Source: Escherichia phage A4. Taken from it: DNA of 64,000 nucleotides. Shown in pieces: positions 1-8,248 of this stretch; the stretch's first letter is position 1, and each line of letters starts with the position of its first letter. A program made the translations under genes and the position numbers. The stretch lies in sequence record ON286972; one strand, written 5' to 3'. Below the pieces are notes generated by a model. It worked only from the letters and a program-made list of their open reading frames with translations. It made no database searches and was not told where the DNA came from.

Positions 1-48
1 ATTTCCTCCTTTATTCATTATACTATATTTAATCAAAAAAGAAAACCC

Positions 49-77
49 TTGACACCCTTTCAGTACTGATGTACTAT
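49..77 (+). promoter_or_regulatory. sigma70-like promoter ahead of family A array
   Basis: TTGACA 49-54, 17-bp spacer, TACTAT 72-77; AAGGAGA SD 89-95 before ATG 103. Confidence 0.5.
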
Positions 78-102
78 ATAAGAAATATAAGGAGAATCGT
101 AC

Positions 103-330
103 ATGCCATATGCTCTAAAGTACTACATCAATGAACTAAATGAACTAGAGTACGCAAAGGTTCTCTCTGACCAATCGTGGCTAATTGAACTAAAAAATAA
201 GAAGAGCACTGGGTGTAACCTTATGCTTGGTAGTGCACTGAACACCCTTACTGTGAGCATTGTACACAATACACTATTAGGGGATACCCGTAAACAATTT
301 TTAAACATCTTAGTACTAGTGGCTATATGA
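103..330 (+). CDS. hypothetical small protein, tandem paralog family A
   Basis: 75-aa ORF after strong SD; N-term ALKYYINEL resembles family A KE[YF]Y start. Confidence 0.6.
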   Translation: MPYALKYYINELNELEYAKVLSDQSWLIELKNKKSTGCNLMLGSALNTLTVSIVHNTLLGDTRKQFLNILVLVAI

Positions 331-527
331 ACATTAACCCGTACTACATCAATGCATTGCACCCTGGGCTACAAGATGCAATGAAGAACCAAAAAACAGT
401 ACTGAAAAATGCTAAACGCACTCCAGGACTCCTGAACTCAAACAGGAATAACCTCATCTGGAATGCAATAGAAGGTAACGAAAGTATGCAGTACTATTTC
501 ATCTTAACACTACTATTGGAGTACTAA
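327..527 (+). CDS. hypothetical small protein, family A
   Basis: 66-aa ORF, ATGA start/stop overlap with upstream gene; C-terminal Leu/Tyr tail. Confidence 0.6.
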   Translation: MNINPYYINALHPGLQDAMKNQKTVLKNAKRTPGLLNSNRNNLIWNAIEGNESMQYYFILTLLLEY

Positions 528-528
528 T

Positions 529-738
529 ATGAAAACTGAACATAAAGAATTCTACACCAAATATCTCAGCAACGAAGAACAAATGTTTCTAAGGAGTGTA
601 CCACCTGTAAGTATAGACACACCCAACACAAGGAATTGCTTTAATAATTGTATACGTAGTACTCTAGAAGCTATTGAATACAATAACAAAAATATGCAGT
701 ACTCAAGTTTAATCGGACTAATATACTTCTATGAATAA
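529..738 (+). CDS. hypothetical small protein, family A
   Basis: 69-aa ORF; N-term HKEFYTKYLS; starts 2 nt after previous stop. Confidence 0.65.
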   Translation: MKTEHKEFYTKYLSNEEQMFLRSVPPVSIDTPNTRNCFNNCIRSTLEAIEYNNKNMQYSSLIGLIYFYE

Positions 739-922
739 TCATAAAGATTTCTACTGTAGTAAACTACACGAACAATACAGGGACTCATTCCCTCAAGAAC
801 CTATGAGAAAGAATAGTCCCTTTTATAATTACGATTTCAGGTTGGAGACACGTTATGCAATAGAACAACCATTTACTTCAACTAAGTACCGCTCTATCCT
901 GAACCTCATCTTTAAGTTCTAA
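731..922 (+). CDS. hypothetical small protein, family A
   Basis: 63-aa ORF; N-term NNHKDFY; overlaps previous stop. Confidence 0.6.
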   Translation: MNNHKDFYCSKLHEQYRDSFPQEPMRKNSPFYNYDFRLETRYAIEQPFTSTKYRSILNLIFKF

Positions 923-933
923 AAAGGTACTAT

Positions 934-1143
934 ATGAAAATTACAAACATTCATCAGTACTACATAGATATTCTACCTAAAGATGTACAGTTCATCCTTA
1001 AACAAGAATTCAGTACTTTTAAAAAACTAAAAAGAACCGCACCTAATGTACTCATCCAGCACCAAAAAAATGTAGTTGATAATATTCTACAAGGTGCAAC
1101 AGGGACCGAGTACTTTAATATAGTAAGGCTAATTACATTATAA
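934..1143 (+). CDS. hypothetical small protein, family A
   Basis: 69-aa ORF; N-term IHQYYIDILP. Confidence 0.6.
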   Translation: MKITNIHQYYIDILPKDVQFILKQEFSTFKKLKRTAPNVLIQHQKNVVDNILQGATGTEYFNIVRLITL

Positions 1144-1328
1144 TGAATCATATAAGCTACTATTACCAACAACTATCCGACAGGGACAAGTACAGCCACA
1201 ACTCCCATGTATGGTACTACAAACGCGGTAGTATAAGGGACAAACAACATTACTTCTGTACTGCTATAAAAGAAGTACTAACAACTAAGTACACGTACAG
1301 AGCAGTACTTAAACTTATTGAAATGTAG
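1143..1328 (+). CDS. hypothetical small protein, family A
   Basis: 61-aa ORF; C-term YTYRAVLKLIEM shared with the next three members. Confidence 0.6.
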   Translation: MNHISYYYQQLSDRDKYSHNSHVWYYKRGSIRDKQHYFCTAIKEVLTTKYTYRAVLKLIEM

Positions 1329-1336
1329 AGAATACA

Positions 1337-1516
1337 ATGCTAGAATACTACCTAAGCGTAATTTACCCAGAAGATAGATACGGCTTCAATTACTTCTCAA
1401 TGAGCTATCATTGTAGTTCGCAAAGAAAACAAAGAAAATTACTCCTGAATTGTACTAAATTGGCACAGGACGAAATGTTCACATATAATGAAGTACTGAA
1501 ACTAATTTCTATCTAA
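1337..1516 (+). CDS. hypothetical small protein, family A
   Basis: 59-aa ORF translated by hand (MLEYYLSV...YNEVLKLISI); below the ORF-track length cut-off. Confidence 0.55.
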   Translation: MLEYYLSVIYPEDRYGFNYFSMSYHCSSQRKQRKLLLNCTKLAQDEMFTYNEVLKLISI

Positions 1517-1524
1517 GGTACACT

Positions 1525-1704
1525 ATGCAAGAATTCTATATCTATAAACTCCAGAACAAAGATAGATATATCTATAATCAATTCCAAAGGTACTACACAG
1601 TAGGGAACAAAAGAGATAAAAAACGATACCTGCTATCATGTACAGTAGAAGCACAAAACGAAAAGTACACGTACAGAGAAGTACTGAAACTAATCTCTAT
1701 ATAA
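1525..1704 (+). CDS. hypothetical small protein, family A
   Basis: 59-aa ORF translated by hand (MQEFYIYKL...YREVLKLISI). Confidence 0.55.
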   Translation: MQEFYIYKLQNKDRYIYNQFQRYYTVGNKRDKKRYLLSCTVEAQNEKYTYREVLKLISI

Positions 1705-1714
1705 GGAATAAACT

Positions 1715-1894
1715 ATGCTAGAGTACTACACCGATAATCTCAGTACTAAGGATCGTTTCATGTACGACACCTTCGTGAAGTACTACAACCTGGGAACAAA
1801 AAGTACTAAAACTATTAATCTCAATAGCTGTATTCATCACGTCCTGACAAAAAATAACCCATACAGAGAAATAATCTCGCTTGTAACAGTATAA
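1715..1894 (+). CDS. hypothetical small protein, family A
   Basis: 59-aa ORF translated by hand (MLEYYTDNL...YREIISLVTV). Confidence 0.55.
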   Translation: MLEYYTDNLSTKDRFMYDTFVKYYNLGTKSTKTINLNSCIHHVLTKNNPYREIISLVTV

Positions 1895-1913
1895 GCAATT
1901 TAAGGAGACTAAA

Positions 1914-2585
1914 ATGAAACTCAATCCACAAAGCAAACGATACCTACAGCACTTTAAGTACCTGCAATCAATCCAGGCTGAATCTACCACTAATGCATAT
2001 ACTTATCATCCTAATGTACTAAAGAACCTAAAGAAAAGTAAAAAAACCAGTACAAATGGAGTTAACGTATCAAAGAACCTTGAATTGTACATGAAGAAAA
2101 ATAATATAGCTGTTCATTATATGAATATCTATAATACTGATTTAAAAGTATTGAGTACTAATACGAGCATGAAGGTACTAAAGAACGCATCCTTCATCAT
2201 CCATATGCAGTTGGATAATACCCCGTGCACTTTAATGCTATACTTCGGGAATACATACTTCTTCGGGAATTGTAACACCTCCCACGATGTCAATACAGCA
2301 CAATTCCAAATGGGTGGCATATACAGTATGGGTTCAGAAGAAATACACGATAACATGCATTTCTTCCAACAGCAACGTACAGAAGAAACTAAATCAATTG
2401 TAGAATTCCTCAAAGAACTACAAGGCAAAGAATTATCAGAAGAAGAACTATTCATGTACAGTACTGTAATCAATAATCCTGTACTGTACAAAAACGCGTA
2501 CAATCTAACAAAACATGTACATGAACTTATCAGTACTAATAAGAAAATTCATCACCTCATTACGTATATTACAAACTATGTATAA
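1914..2585 (+). CDS. hypothetical protein with family C-like motif, inside family A array
   Basis: 223-aa ORF after TAAGGAGA SD; carries SEEELFMYSTV, a variant of the family C FQxS motif. Confidence 0.65.
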   Translation: MKLNPQSKRYLQHFKYLQSIQAESTTNAYTYHPNVLKNLKKSKKTSTNGVNVSKNLELYMKKNNIAVHYMNIYNTDLKVLSTNTSMKVLKNASFIIHMQLDNTPCTLMLYFGNTYFFGNCNTSHDVNTAQFQMGGIYSMGSEEIHDNMHFFQQQRTEETKSIVEFLKELQGKELSEEELFMYSTVINNPVLYKNAYNLTKHVHELISTNKKIHHLITYITNYV

Positions 2586-2760
2586 AGAATACTACATAAG
2601 TTTTCTTAGTATTGATCTACAAAAGCTTATTCCCCAAAAACCTGTAGATTTCAAAGATAAGAGCCAAACTATATTCTACCGATATCAAACAGAATCTGCA
2701 ATAAATGAAGATGATATCTATAACCTGTACAATGTACTAACACTTATATACAGGTACTAA
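2578..2760 (+). CDS. hypothetical small protein, family A
   Basis: Internal ATG 2578 gives MYKEYYISFLS start; ORF-track start 2515 judged an upstream extension. Confidence 0.6.
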   Translation: MYKEYYISFLSIDLQKLIPQKPVDFKDKSQTIFYRYQTESAINEDDIYNLYNVLTLIYRY

Positions 2761-2761
2761 T

Positions 2762-2950
2762 ATGCATAAAGAATACTACACAAAATATTTCCCAATGTAC
2801 CTCAGAACTAATCTATTAGATAAACCTCGCGGTATCAATACACAAAACGATAAAAAGTACTTTACTATGTGCACTAAAGCATGTATACAAGATTATGATA
2901 GCTATCATCGAGTACTGTACCACACCCTGTACCTCGCATTCGTGTACTAA
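2762..2950 (+). CDS. hypothetical small protein, family A
   Basis: 62-aa ORF, MHKEYYTKYFP...LYHTLYLAFVY. Confidence 0.65.
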   Translation: MHKEYYTKYFPMYLRTNLLDKPRGINTQNDKKYFTMCTKACIQDYDSYHRVLYHTLYLAFVY

Positions 2951-2959
2951 GGAAATCAT

Positions 2960-3160
2960 ATGCATAAAGAATACTACATAAAAGAACTACCAAAGTTTCT
3001 ACAAGGCAATCTATTAGATGATGAACCTCGCGACATTAACTGTATATACGAAGCTGATTACTTCCGTACATGTACTGAACAAGTACTTAATGAAGAAGTT
3101 AATGAAAACAATTCTCAAGTACAACTGTACCACACTCTGTATCTCGCGTTCCAGTACTAA
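2960..3160 (+). CDS. hypothetical small protein, family A
   Basis: 66-aa ORF, MHKEYYIKELP...LYHTLYLAFQY. Confidence 0.65.
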   Translation: MHKEYYIKELPKFLQGNLLDDEPRDINCIYEADYFRTCTEQVLNEEVNENNSQVQLYHTLYLAFQY

Positions 3161-3168
3161 GGACTAAT

Positions 3169-3351
3169 ATGTATAAAGAATTTTATAAAGATCATCTCCC
3201 AATGCATCTCCAACACCTTGTACCAACAGAACCAATAGGAATAAAAGATCACGCAAAGATAATGTTCCAACAATGTACTAAGTACACCCTAATATATGAT
3301 GACAATCCATATATGCTGTACTACATGGTAATGCTAACATTCAGGTACTAA
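3169..3351 (+). CDS. hypothetical small protein, family A
   Basis: 60-aa ORF, MYKEFYKDHLP...MVMLTFRY. Confidence 0.65.
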   Translation: MYKEFYKDHLPMHLQHLVPTEPIGIKDHAKIMFQQCTKYTLIYDDNPYMLYYMVMLTFRY

Positions 3352-3352
3352 T

Positions 3353-3553
3353 ATGTATAAAGAATACTATATGAGTAAACTATCAACCACCGAAAGAATC
3401 TGGTGCGGAGCCGCCGCCCCCGTTAATCCAAAAAGTGCATACGCAAAAATGTGCTTTAGGAAAGCTACAACGAACTCAATTGAAGCTCTAGAACAAGATA
3501 ACACTAAAGCACTATACTCTAACCTAATGTTGCTAGTATATATCTATGGATAA
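3353..3553 (+). CDS. hypothetical small protein, family A
   Basis: 66-aa ORF, MYKEYYMSKLS. Confidence 0.65.
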   Translation: MYKEYYMSKLSTTERIWCGAAAPVNPKSAYAKMCFRKATTNSIEALEQDNTKALYSNLMLLVYIYG

Positions 3554-3734
3554 TTATAAAGAATTCTACTTAAGTACTCTCCCTACAGTACTATCACTTA
3601 GTGCTCAATATAAAGTTCCCCTGGATAATGCATACTCCAAGTATAACTACTCCCTAACTGTTAAACGCTGTATAGAGAATCTTAGCAGTACTAATCAGTA
3701 CTATAACATCGTACTACTTATATTCAGGTACTAA
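3546..3734 (+). CDS. hypothetical small protein, family A
   Basis: 62-aa ORF, MDNYKEFYLSTLP...LLIFRY; 8-nt overlap with previous gene. Confidence 0.65.
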   Translation: MDNYKEFYLSTLPTVLSLSAQYKVPLDNAYSKYNYSLTVKRCIENLSSTNQYYNIVLLIFRY

Positions 3735-3735
3735 T

Positions 3736-3921
3736 ATGTATAAAGAATACTATAAACAATTTGTTAAAGAGAACTACAAACATGCCGTCCCCGTAATCCC
3801 TTTAAATTCCCATGACCCAAGTTCTATATTCTTGTTTAAGGACGCAATACGTACAGTACTCAATACTAAAGATGAACAGGTGCAGTACGTATTCTTACTA
3901 TTACTTATATACAGACACTAA
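3736..3921 (+). CDS. hypothetical small protein, family A
   Basis: 61-aa ORF, MYKEYYKQFV...LLLIYRH. Confidence 0.65.
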   Translation: MYKEYYKQFVKENYKHAVPVIPLNSHDPSSIFLFKDAIRTVLNTKDEQVQYVFLLLLIYRH

Positions 3922-3938
3922 AGCACTAAGGCACTAAT

Positions 3939-4139
3939 ATGAATAAAGAACATAAAGACTTCTATATAAGAGAACTCAAAGAGAATGAACAAGTATGGAT
4001 TAAATCTCTCATAGAACTACCCTTTAATAGATATGAATTGTATAGATGTACTAATATAGCAATAGACCCTCCTCCTTTTGAAGAGAATGTAGAGTACAAA
4101 CAGTACTACTATATCTTAATGCTTATATATAGGAAGTAA
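3939..4139 (+). CDS. hypothetical small protein, family A
   Basis: 66-aa ORF, MNKEHKDFYIREL...LMLIYRK; last member before the non-coding hub. Confidence 0.65.
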   Translation: MNKEHKDFYIRELKENEQVWIKSLIELPFNRYELYRCTNIAIDPPPFEENVEYKQYYYILMLIYRK

Positions 4140-4800
4140 TATAGCTAGGGGAAGCTCCATAGTGCAAGCATTATACAGGCTTTAACATATGTTGCATATG
4201 TTAAAATTCAGCCTGGACAAATGCGATCACTAGGATTCTCCCCAGGCTAAACCCCGTAATCATAGGTAGTCATAAGTAATCATATATAAACATTTAAGTA
4301 ATCATTTATAATCATGGTAGTGATTAGTATTGAGTACTAGAGTGTAATAGAGTACAGGAAAGTATTCAGTACTGAAGGATTACCCCTATATGATTCAGTA
4401 CTGATATCCCACTAAGTAGGCAAATGAAGTCGCCCAAAATTTACATAATTTTACAGTACTGAACAATTGCAAAACAAATCATTTCCAATCAAAAGTAATC
4501 ACGGAATGACCAGTACTGAAAACTCCCAATCACCTATTCAAAAAAGTTCAATTTACCCTTCGTCAAAAATCCCGAATACCCATTGGGGAAAATTCCGAAT
4601 ACCCCTTGAGGCTCCAGCAAAAAGTTGGTTAGTACTCCATCGTAAATCTGGATCGTAAAAATTTTGGAGTACCTATGAAATAAAAGTTGGATCTTCGAAA
4701 GTTGAAATTTACATTGGGACATATAGGATTAGTGGGATATAATGAGTTTTGAAGAGATACAGAGTATACGATTTCAGTACTGAATGGTGAAAGAAAGTTA

Positions 4801-4828
4801 TTGACTTTATGATTCAGTACTGTATAAT
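4801..4828 (+). promoter_or_regulatory. sigma70-like promoter with no downstream ORF
   Basis: TTGACT 4801-4806, 16-bp spacer, TATAAT 4823-4828; no ORF of 60 aa or more follows. Confidence 0.35.
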
Positions 4829-5204
4829 GTTCTACATAGAGTGATGGATTGCCGCAAACAATTCAGAGCCTTAACCCTCCTGTCGTGAGACAGTACAGAA
4901 GAGATTGAATCCTCCTATGCAGTGGTTCATCTTTGACAACCTCTTTTTTCGTAATATAAACAGTACTGTTATTAACAGAATGGTAGCAGTACTGATATTA
5001 ATCTAATATAATGTTACCATGCAATGTGGTGAATTCCCCTTAACAGTATTCAGTACTACATGATAGTCTTCATCCTCCTAGGGTAACATAGTGAGGGCTA
5101 TGATGGCAGTACTGAATACTCCCTTCTTAAAGATAGATCTATGGTATAGTACTGACGGATTTTGGGCGTAGTAACCCTGGGTGGATTTTGGACGTAGAGA
5201 TGTC

Positions 5205-5350
5205 TAGACCTCCAGATGGCTGGAAGTAAAGATGGCTATCCCTCTAGACGGCTAGACGGCTGGATGGCTAGATTTCTAGATGGCTGTACTGCTAGACGTT
5301 TGGACGGCTAAACGGCTAGATGGTTACACGTCTGGATGTATAGACGGCTA
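5205..5350. repeat. iteron-like array of about 14 contiguous 8-9-bp repeats (consensus RGAYGGCT)
   Basis: tagacggct / agatggct / ggatggct / ggacggct units run head to tail through 5205-5350. Confidence 0.7.
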
Positions 5351-5534
5351 AATCAAAATTTTATACTGTTTTTTTCCATTAGTTCCCCTACCGCGTGGGG
5401 ATGGTTTCCCCGCAGTATCTGGAGTTAGATTTTTCTGAATCTGGAATCATTATCTAATAAACTGGGGGCAATGTCAACCGCCTGGATGAATATTTTTAAA
5501 AAATAATCTAGTACTGAATTTTGGGCGTAACTAT

Positions 5535-5590
5535 GCACCCGGTGGGCTAGAGTCTTTCTCGACTTGATGAAATAATTATAGCAGTACTGG
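5535..5590. repeat. 56-bp dispersed repeat, copy 1
   Basis: gcacccggtgggctag...cttgatgaaataattatagcagtactgg; about 80 percent identical to copy at 9830-9885. Confidence 0.55.
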
Positions 5591-6053
5591 AAAAATAAAG
5601 CAATACCCTGGATGCAAAAAGTTTTAATTAATTTGCTTGCCATCCTGGGGCGTACTATGGTACTATGATTCAGTACTGAGAAAGTGCTTTGACCTGCTAG
5701 GGTGCGGGAGTGTATCCTTTTTAAATTTTATGAATTTTGGACGGATCTTCCCACCCCCTGGGGTATCCGCTTTCTCGCGTCTATGTAGTAATTATACGCT
5801 TTTTTAGTACTGAGTCAATAGCTAAAAACAAAATAATTGAAAATAATTTAACGCGTTTAAACGGCCCGTAAAGCCCTGGATTGGTGGGAGTGGTGCAAAT
5901 GTATAGCTTAGGTGTATTAATGCGTTAGAACGCGATTGAGGCCGTTTTAATGGTATAGTACTGAATAATTGTACTCACTGGATTGATTCAGTACTGAATG
6001 ATAGTACTCCTATATAGAAAGAAAACTATTTTAAAAGTATTTGTAGAAAGTAC

Positions 6054-6081
6054 TTGCATACTATGTTTAACGGCGTATAAT
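6054..6081 (+). promoter_or_regulatory. class A early promoter
   Basis: AGTACTTGCAT -35 region and TATAAT 6076-6081, 16-bp spacer; followed by G-rich leader and ATG 6138. Confidence 0.55.
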
Positions 6082-6137
6082 GTTTTACATCGAGACGGGG
6101 GAAACGCTCCTAACTCACTTTAATAGGAATTAAAACG

Positions 6138-6500
6138 ATGGCGACTCAAATCACTAAAATCATTGCTAACCTGGTTAACTTTCGCGAAGAGATGAAAGAT
6201 CTTCCGGCTGAGACTGTAAAGATTCATATTTCAGCTTATCGGGAATTGATTGCAATGTTGCCGCTTAAGCGTGAACAATACGCCGCTACTGTGATGCTTG
6301 ATGCGATGATCCACAAGATGATTGCCAGTGATTTAACGATGGCTTATCAGTACATGGGCGAACTATTTGCGGTGTATAGTAAACCAGTGCCTGGGATGGA
6401 AAGTACCGAAGTATTGCACGGCTTAAACTTAAAACAAGATGCATGGGATAATATGCCTCGTTTCCTGGTATGGGCTGACAGTGGCAAGATTTACGAATAA
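6138..6500 (+). CDS. hypothetical protein
   Basis: 120-aa ORF downstream of promoter and purine-rich SD. Confidence 0.7.
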   Translation: MATQITKIIANLVNFREEMKDLPAETVKIHISAYRELIAMLPLKREQYAATVMLDAMIHKMIASDLTMAYQYMGELFAVYSKPVPGMESTEVLHGLNLKQDAWDNMPRFLVWADSGKIYE

Positions 6501-6514
6501 GTTTTAAAAAGTAC

Positions 6515-6573
6515 TTGCATACTAAGTTTAAAAGCGTATAATACTTTCTATCAGGTGGGGAATAGTTCCCCAC
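6515..6573 (+). promoter_or_regulatory. class A promoter plus 5'-UTR hairpin
   Basis: TTGCAT 6515-6520, TATAAT 6537-6542; hairpin GTGGGGAA-tag-TTCCCCAC 6555-6573. Confidence 0.6.
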
Positions 6574-6594
6574 TATAATTAAGAGATTAATTTT

Positions 6595-6828
6595 ATGAGT
6601 ACTATCTTAACTGTTTCTCAATCCGTTGCACTGGCTGAATTGATGGAAGCTCTGAGCCGTTGCACTGAGGTTGGCTTGTTTGATGTGGTTGACGTTGCAC
6701 CGGACGTTATTAATCATTTTTGTGATGCAATGGAAGAGTGCAAGGAAGATGATAGCCGTATGATGGCGGCCACCTTTGAGGAAGTACAGCCAGGTGAGAT
6801 CAAAGGTTTACCAGTACTGAAAAAATAG
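6595..6828 (+). CDS. hypothetical acidic protein
   Basis: 77-aa ORF after promoter, hairpin and SD (AAGAGA). Confidence 0.7.
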   Translation: MSTILTVSQSVALAELMEALSRCTEVGLFDVVDVAPDVINHFCDAMEECKEDDSRMMAATFEEVQPGEIKGLPVLKK

Positions 6829-6831
6829 TAC

Positions 6832-6892
6832 TTGCAAACTAAGTTTAAAAGCGTATAATACTTTACATCGAGGCGGGGGAATGGTTCCCCGC
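6832..6892 (+). promoter_or_regulatory. class A promoter plus 5'-UTR hairpin
   Basis: TTGCAA 6832-6837, TATAAT 6854-6859; hairpin GCGGGGGAATGGTTCCCCGC 6873-6892. Confidence 0.6.
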
Positions 6893-6914
6893 TCAATCAA
6901 ACGAGGATTTAAAA

Positions 6915-7154
6915 ATGGCTAAATCAAAAATGTTCTTAGGTCACAAAAACAAAACTCAATGGAATGTAAGCCTTTGGATTAATAACGATGAATCATTATA
7001 CCGGTTGGCCCAGGACTTTATTGCCGCTAACACTAATCGCAATGATGCGGCCCGTCATATGATGCTATTTTTAGAACAGACTGGACAAGATAAAACGCCG
7101 GACGGATTCAAGTACAGTACTACGGCGATCCGTGCGGCGATGGTTGGAATGTAA
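6915..7154 (+). CDS. hypothetical protein
   Basis: 79-aa ORF; SD GAGGA 8 nt upstream. Confidence 0.7.
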   Translation: MAKSKMFLGHKNKTQWNVSLWINNDESLYRLAQDFIAANTNRNDAARHMMLFLEQTGQDKTPDGFKYSTTAIRAAMVGM

Positions 7155-7236
7155 TAGAATAGATTTAAAGTACTATTGCACGGTGATAGTACTTTATAAT
7201 AGGATTTTATTCATACATCAACGATGGGGTAACAGC

Positions 7237-7500
7237 ATGAATATTATATACTTTGCAACGCGTGAACAAGCTCGGATCGCCGCTCGCCAGGACGGGGCAA
7301 CGTTTAAAGATATGGGCGTGCAATCGGAACGTGGTAAACGTTGGGCGGTAGTAAAGCAAAGTACAGCCAGATCCTTACAGTACTGGTTAGCGGCGTTAAA
7401 AAGTCCTGCTAGTGTATCGCGTCGAGTGGTAGAAATAAAGCACGACCGCAAGGGCAACCGTGTTACTGTGTACAGTACTAAAAAGATAGCAGTACTATAA
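7237..7500 (+). CDS. hypothetical protein, paralog of gene at 19204
   Basis: Start MNIIYFATREQARIAARQ; C-term HDRKGNRVTVYS shared with 19204..19599; ORF-track start 7132 judged an extension. Confidence 0.65.
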   Translation: MNIIYFATREQARIAARQDGATFKDMGVQSERGKRWAVVKQSTARSLQYWLAALKSPASVSRRVVEIKHDRKGNRVTVYSTKKIAVL

Positions 7501-7509
7501 AAAAAGTAC

Positions 7510-7568
7510 TTGCAAAGTAATTAGATTAATGTATAATACTTTCTATCAGGTGGGGAATACTTCCCCAC
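7510..7568 (+). promoter_or_regulatory. class A promoter plus 5'-UTR hairpin
   Basis: TTGCAA 7510-7515, TATAAT 7532-7537; hairpin GTGGGGAATACTTCCCCAC 7550-7568. Confidence 0.6.
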
Positions 7569-7589
7569 TACAATGAAGAGGATTTTAAA

Positions 7590-7820
7590 ATGGCTATTAT
7601 GTATATGACCGAAGTTAAAACCGTAAAAGATACTACCACTAATAAAACTACTTACTTACAGCGGGTATGCGGTGTATGGCAACGTATTAGTAAAGCAAAG
7701 TACTATAAATTAACTTCATATGCTAATCGTTCGGATTCATTCAGTACTGAAATAAAAGGTAATAAATTACACCAATACGGCACTTATTATTATTATAGCC
7801 TGGACGCGATTGCAGTCTAA
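7590..7820 (+). CDS. hypothetical protein
   Basis: 76-aa ORF after promoter, hairpin and SD. Confidence 0.7.
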   Translation: MAIMYMTEVKTVKDTTTNKTTYLQRVCGVWQRISKAKYYKLTSYANRSDSFSTEIKGNKLHQYGTYYYYSLDAIAV

Positions 7821-8070
7821 GCAGTTTACAAATCTTTACAATTGCCAGTATTGACTTATTTTGTCAGTACTGGCATAATGTATCTATTGAAACGAACAAT
7901 TTGGCCCACGGGGTGCGGGAGTGTATCTATAGAAAAAGTAGTTTAGTACAGTTACAATTGTGCACCCTATGGGTTAGCTGTTGTCATGGGGTATATTATA
8001 CCAGTACTGGATAGTGCTGTCAATACCTTTTTTTTACTATTCAGTACTGAAAACTATTTTTAAAAAGTAC

Positions 8071-8098
8071 TTGCAAACTATGTTTAAAGGCGTATAAT
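8071..8098 (+). promoter_or_regulatory. class A promoter (first of a tandem pair)
   Basis: TTGCAA 8071-8076, TATAAT 8093-8098; exact TTCAGTACTGAA palindrome at 8040-8051 upstream. Confidence 0.55.
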
Positions 8099-8106
8099 GT
8101 TTTACA

Positions 8107-8185
8107 TCAGGACGGGGAACGAAATAAGTAACTCCCCATTAAGTAGCCCAGGAGTAAGGCACACGAAAAACTCCCCTGATAAAAT
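8107..8185 (+). other. conserved ~80-nt structured leader / candidate small RNA (copy 1)
   Basis: caggacggggaacgaaataagtaactcccc...ctcccctgat, near-identical to 18008-18085; internal GGGGA/UCCCC and AUCAGG/CCUGAU pairings. Confidence 0.4.
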
Positions 8186-8188
8186 AGT

Positions 8189-8216
8189 TTGAAAATTGTT
8201 TTTAAAAGCGTATAAT
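8189..8216 (+). promoter_or_regulatory. second promoter of tandem pair
   Basis: TTGAAA 8189-8194, 16-bp spacer, TATAAT 8211-8216; ATG 8249 follows. Confidence 0.5.
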
Positions 8217-8248
8217 ACTTACATCAACTACTGAATGAGGGTTACAAA

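Larger units (their letters stand above)
4360..6000. repeat. cluster of AGTACT-centred palindromes (12-mer TTCAGTACTGAA and variants)
   Basis: Exact 12-bp palindrome at 4365-4376, 4783-4794, 5988-5999; 11/12 variants at about 4394, 4454, 4510, 5670; region has no credible ORF. Confidence 0.6.

Noticed and set aside
2515-2760. Long N-terminal extensions offered by the ORF track (e.g. 2515, 7132, 8921, 9214, 16149, 21264, 43573, 52559)
   Set aside because: The extensions run through promoters, leader hairpins or the upstream gene, while an internal ATG/TTG with a proper SD gives the family-typical N-terminus; internal starts were preferred.
4467-4722. ORFs inside the non-coding hub (4467..4658 plus, 4534..4722 minus, 5425..5643 minus)
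   Set aside because: No SD or start context, and they overlap palindrome and repeat elements; more likely chance ORFs in a regulatory region.
5205-5350. Possible CRISPR array
   Set aside because: Repeat units are only 8-9 bp and directly contiguous with no spacers, and no cas genes are present; iteron-like, not CRISPR.
4140-6137. tRNA or other structured RNA genes in the GC-richer patches of the hub
   Set aside because: No cloverleaf with a GTTCRANYC-type T-loop could be traced by eye; only short hairpins. Left uncalled; a tRNA scanner would settle it.
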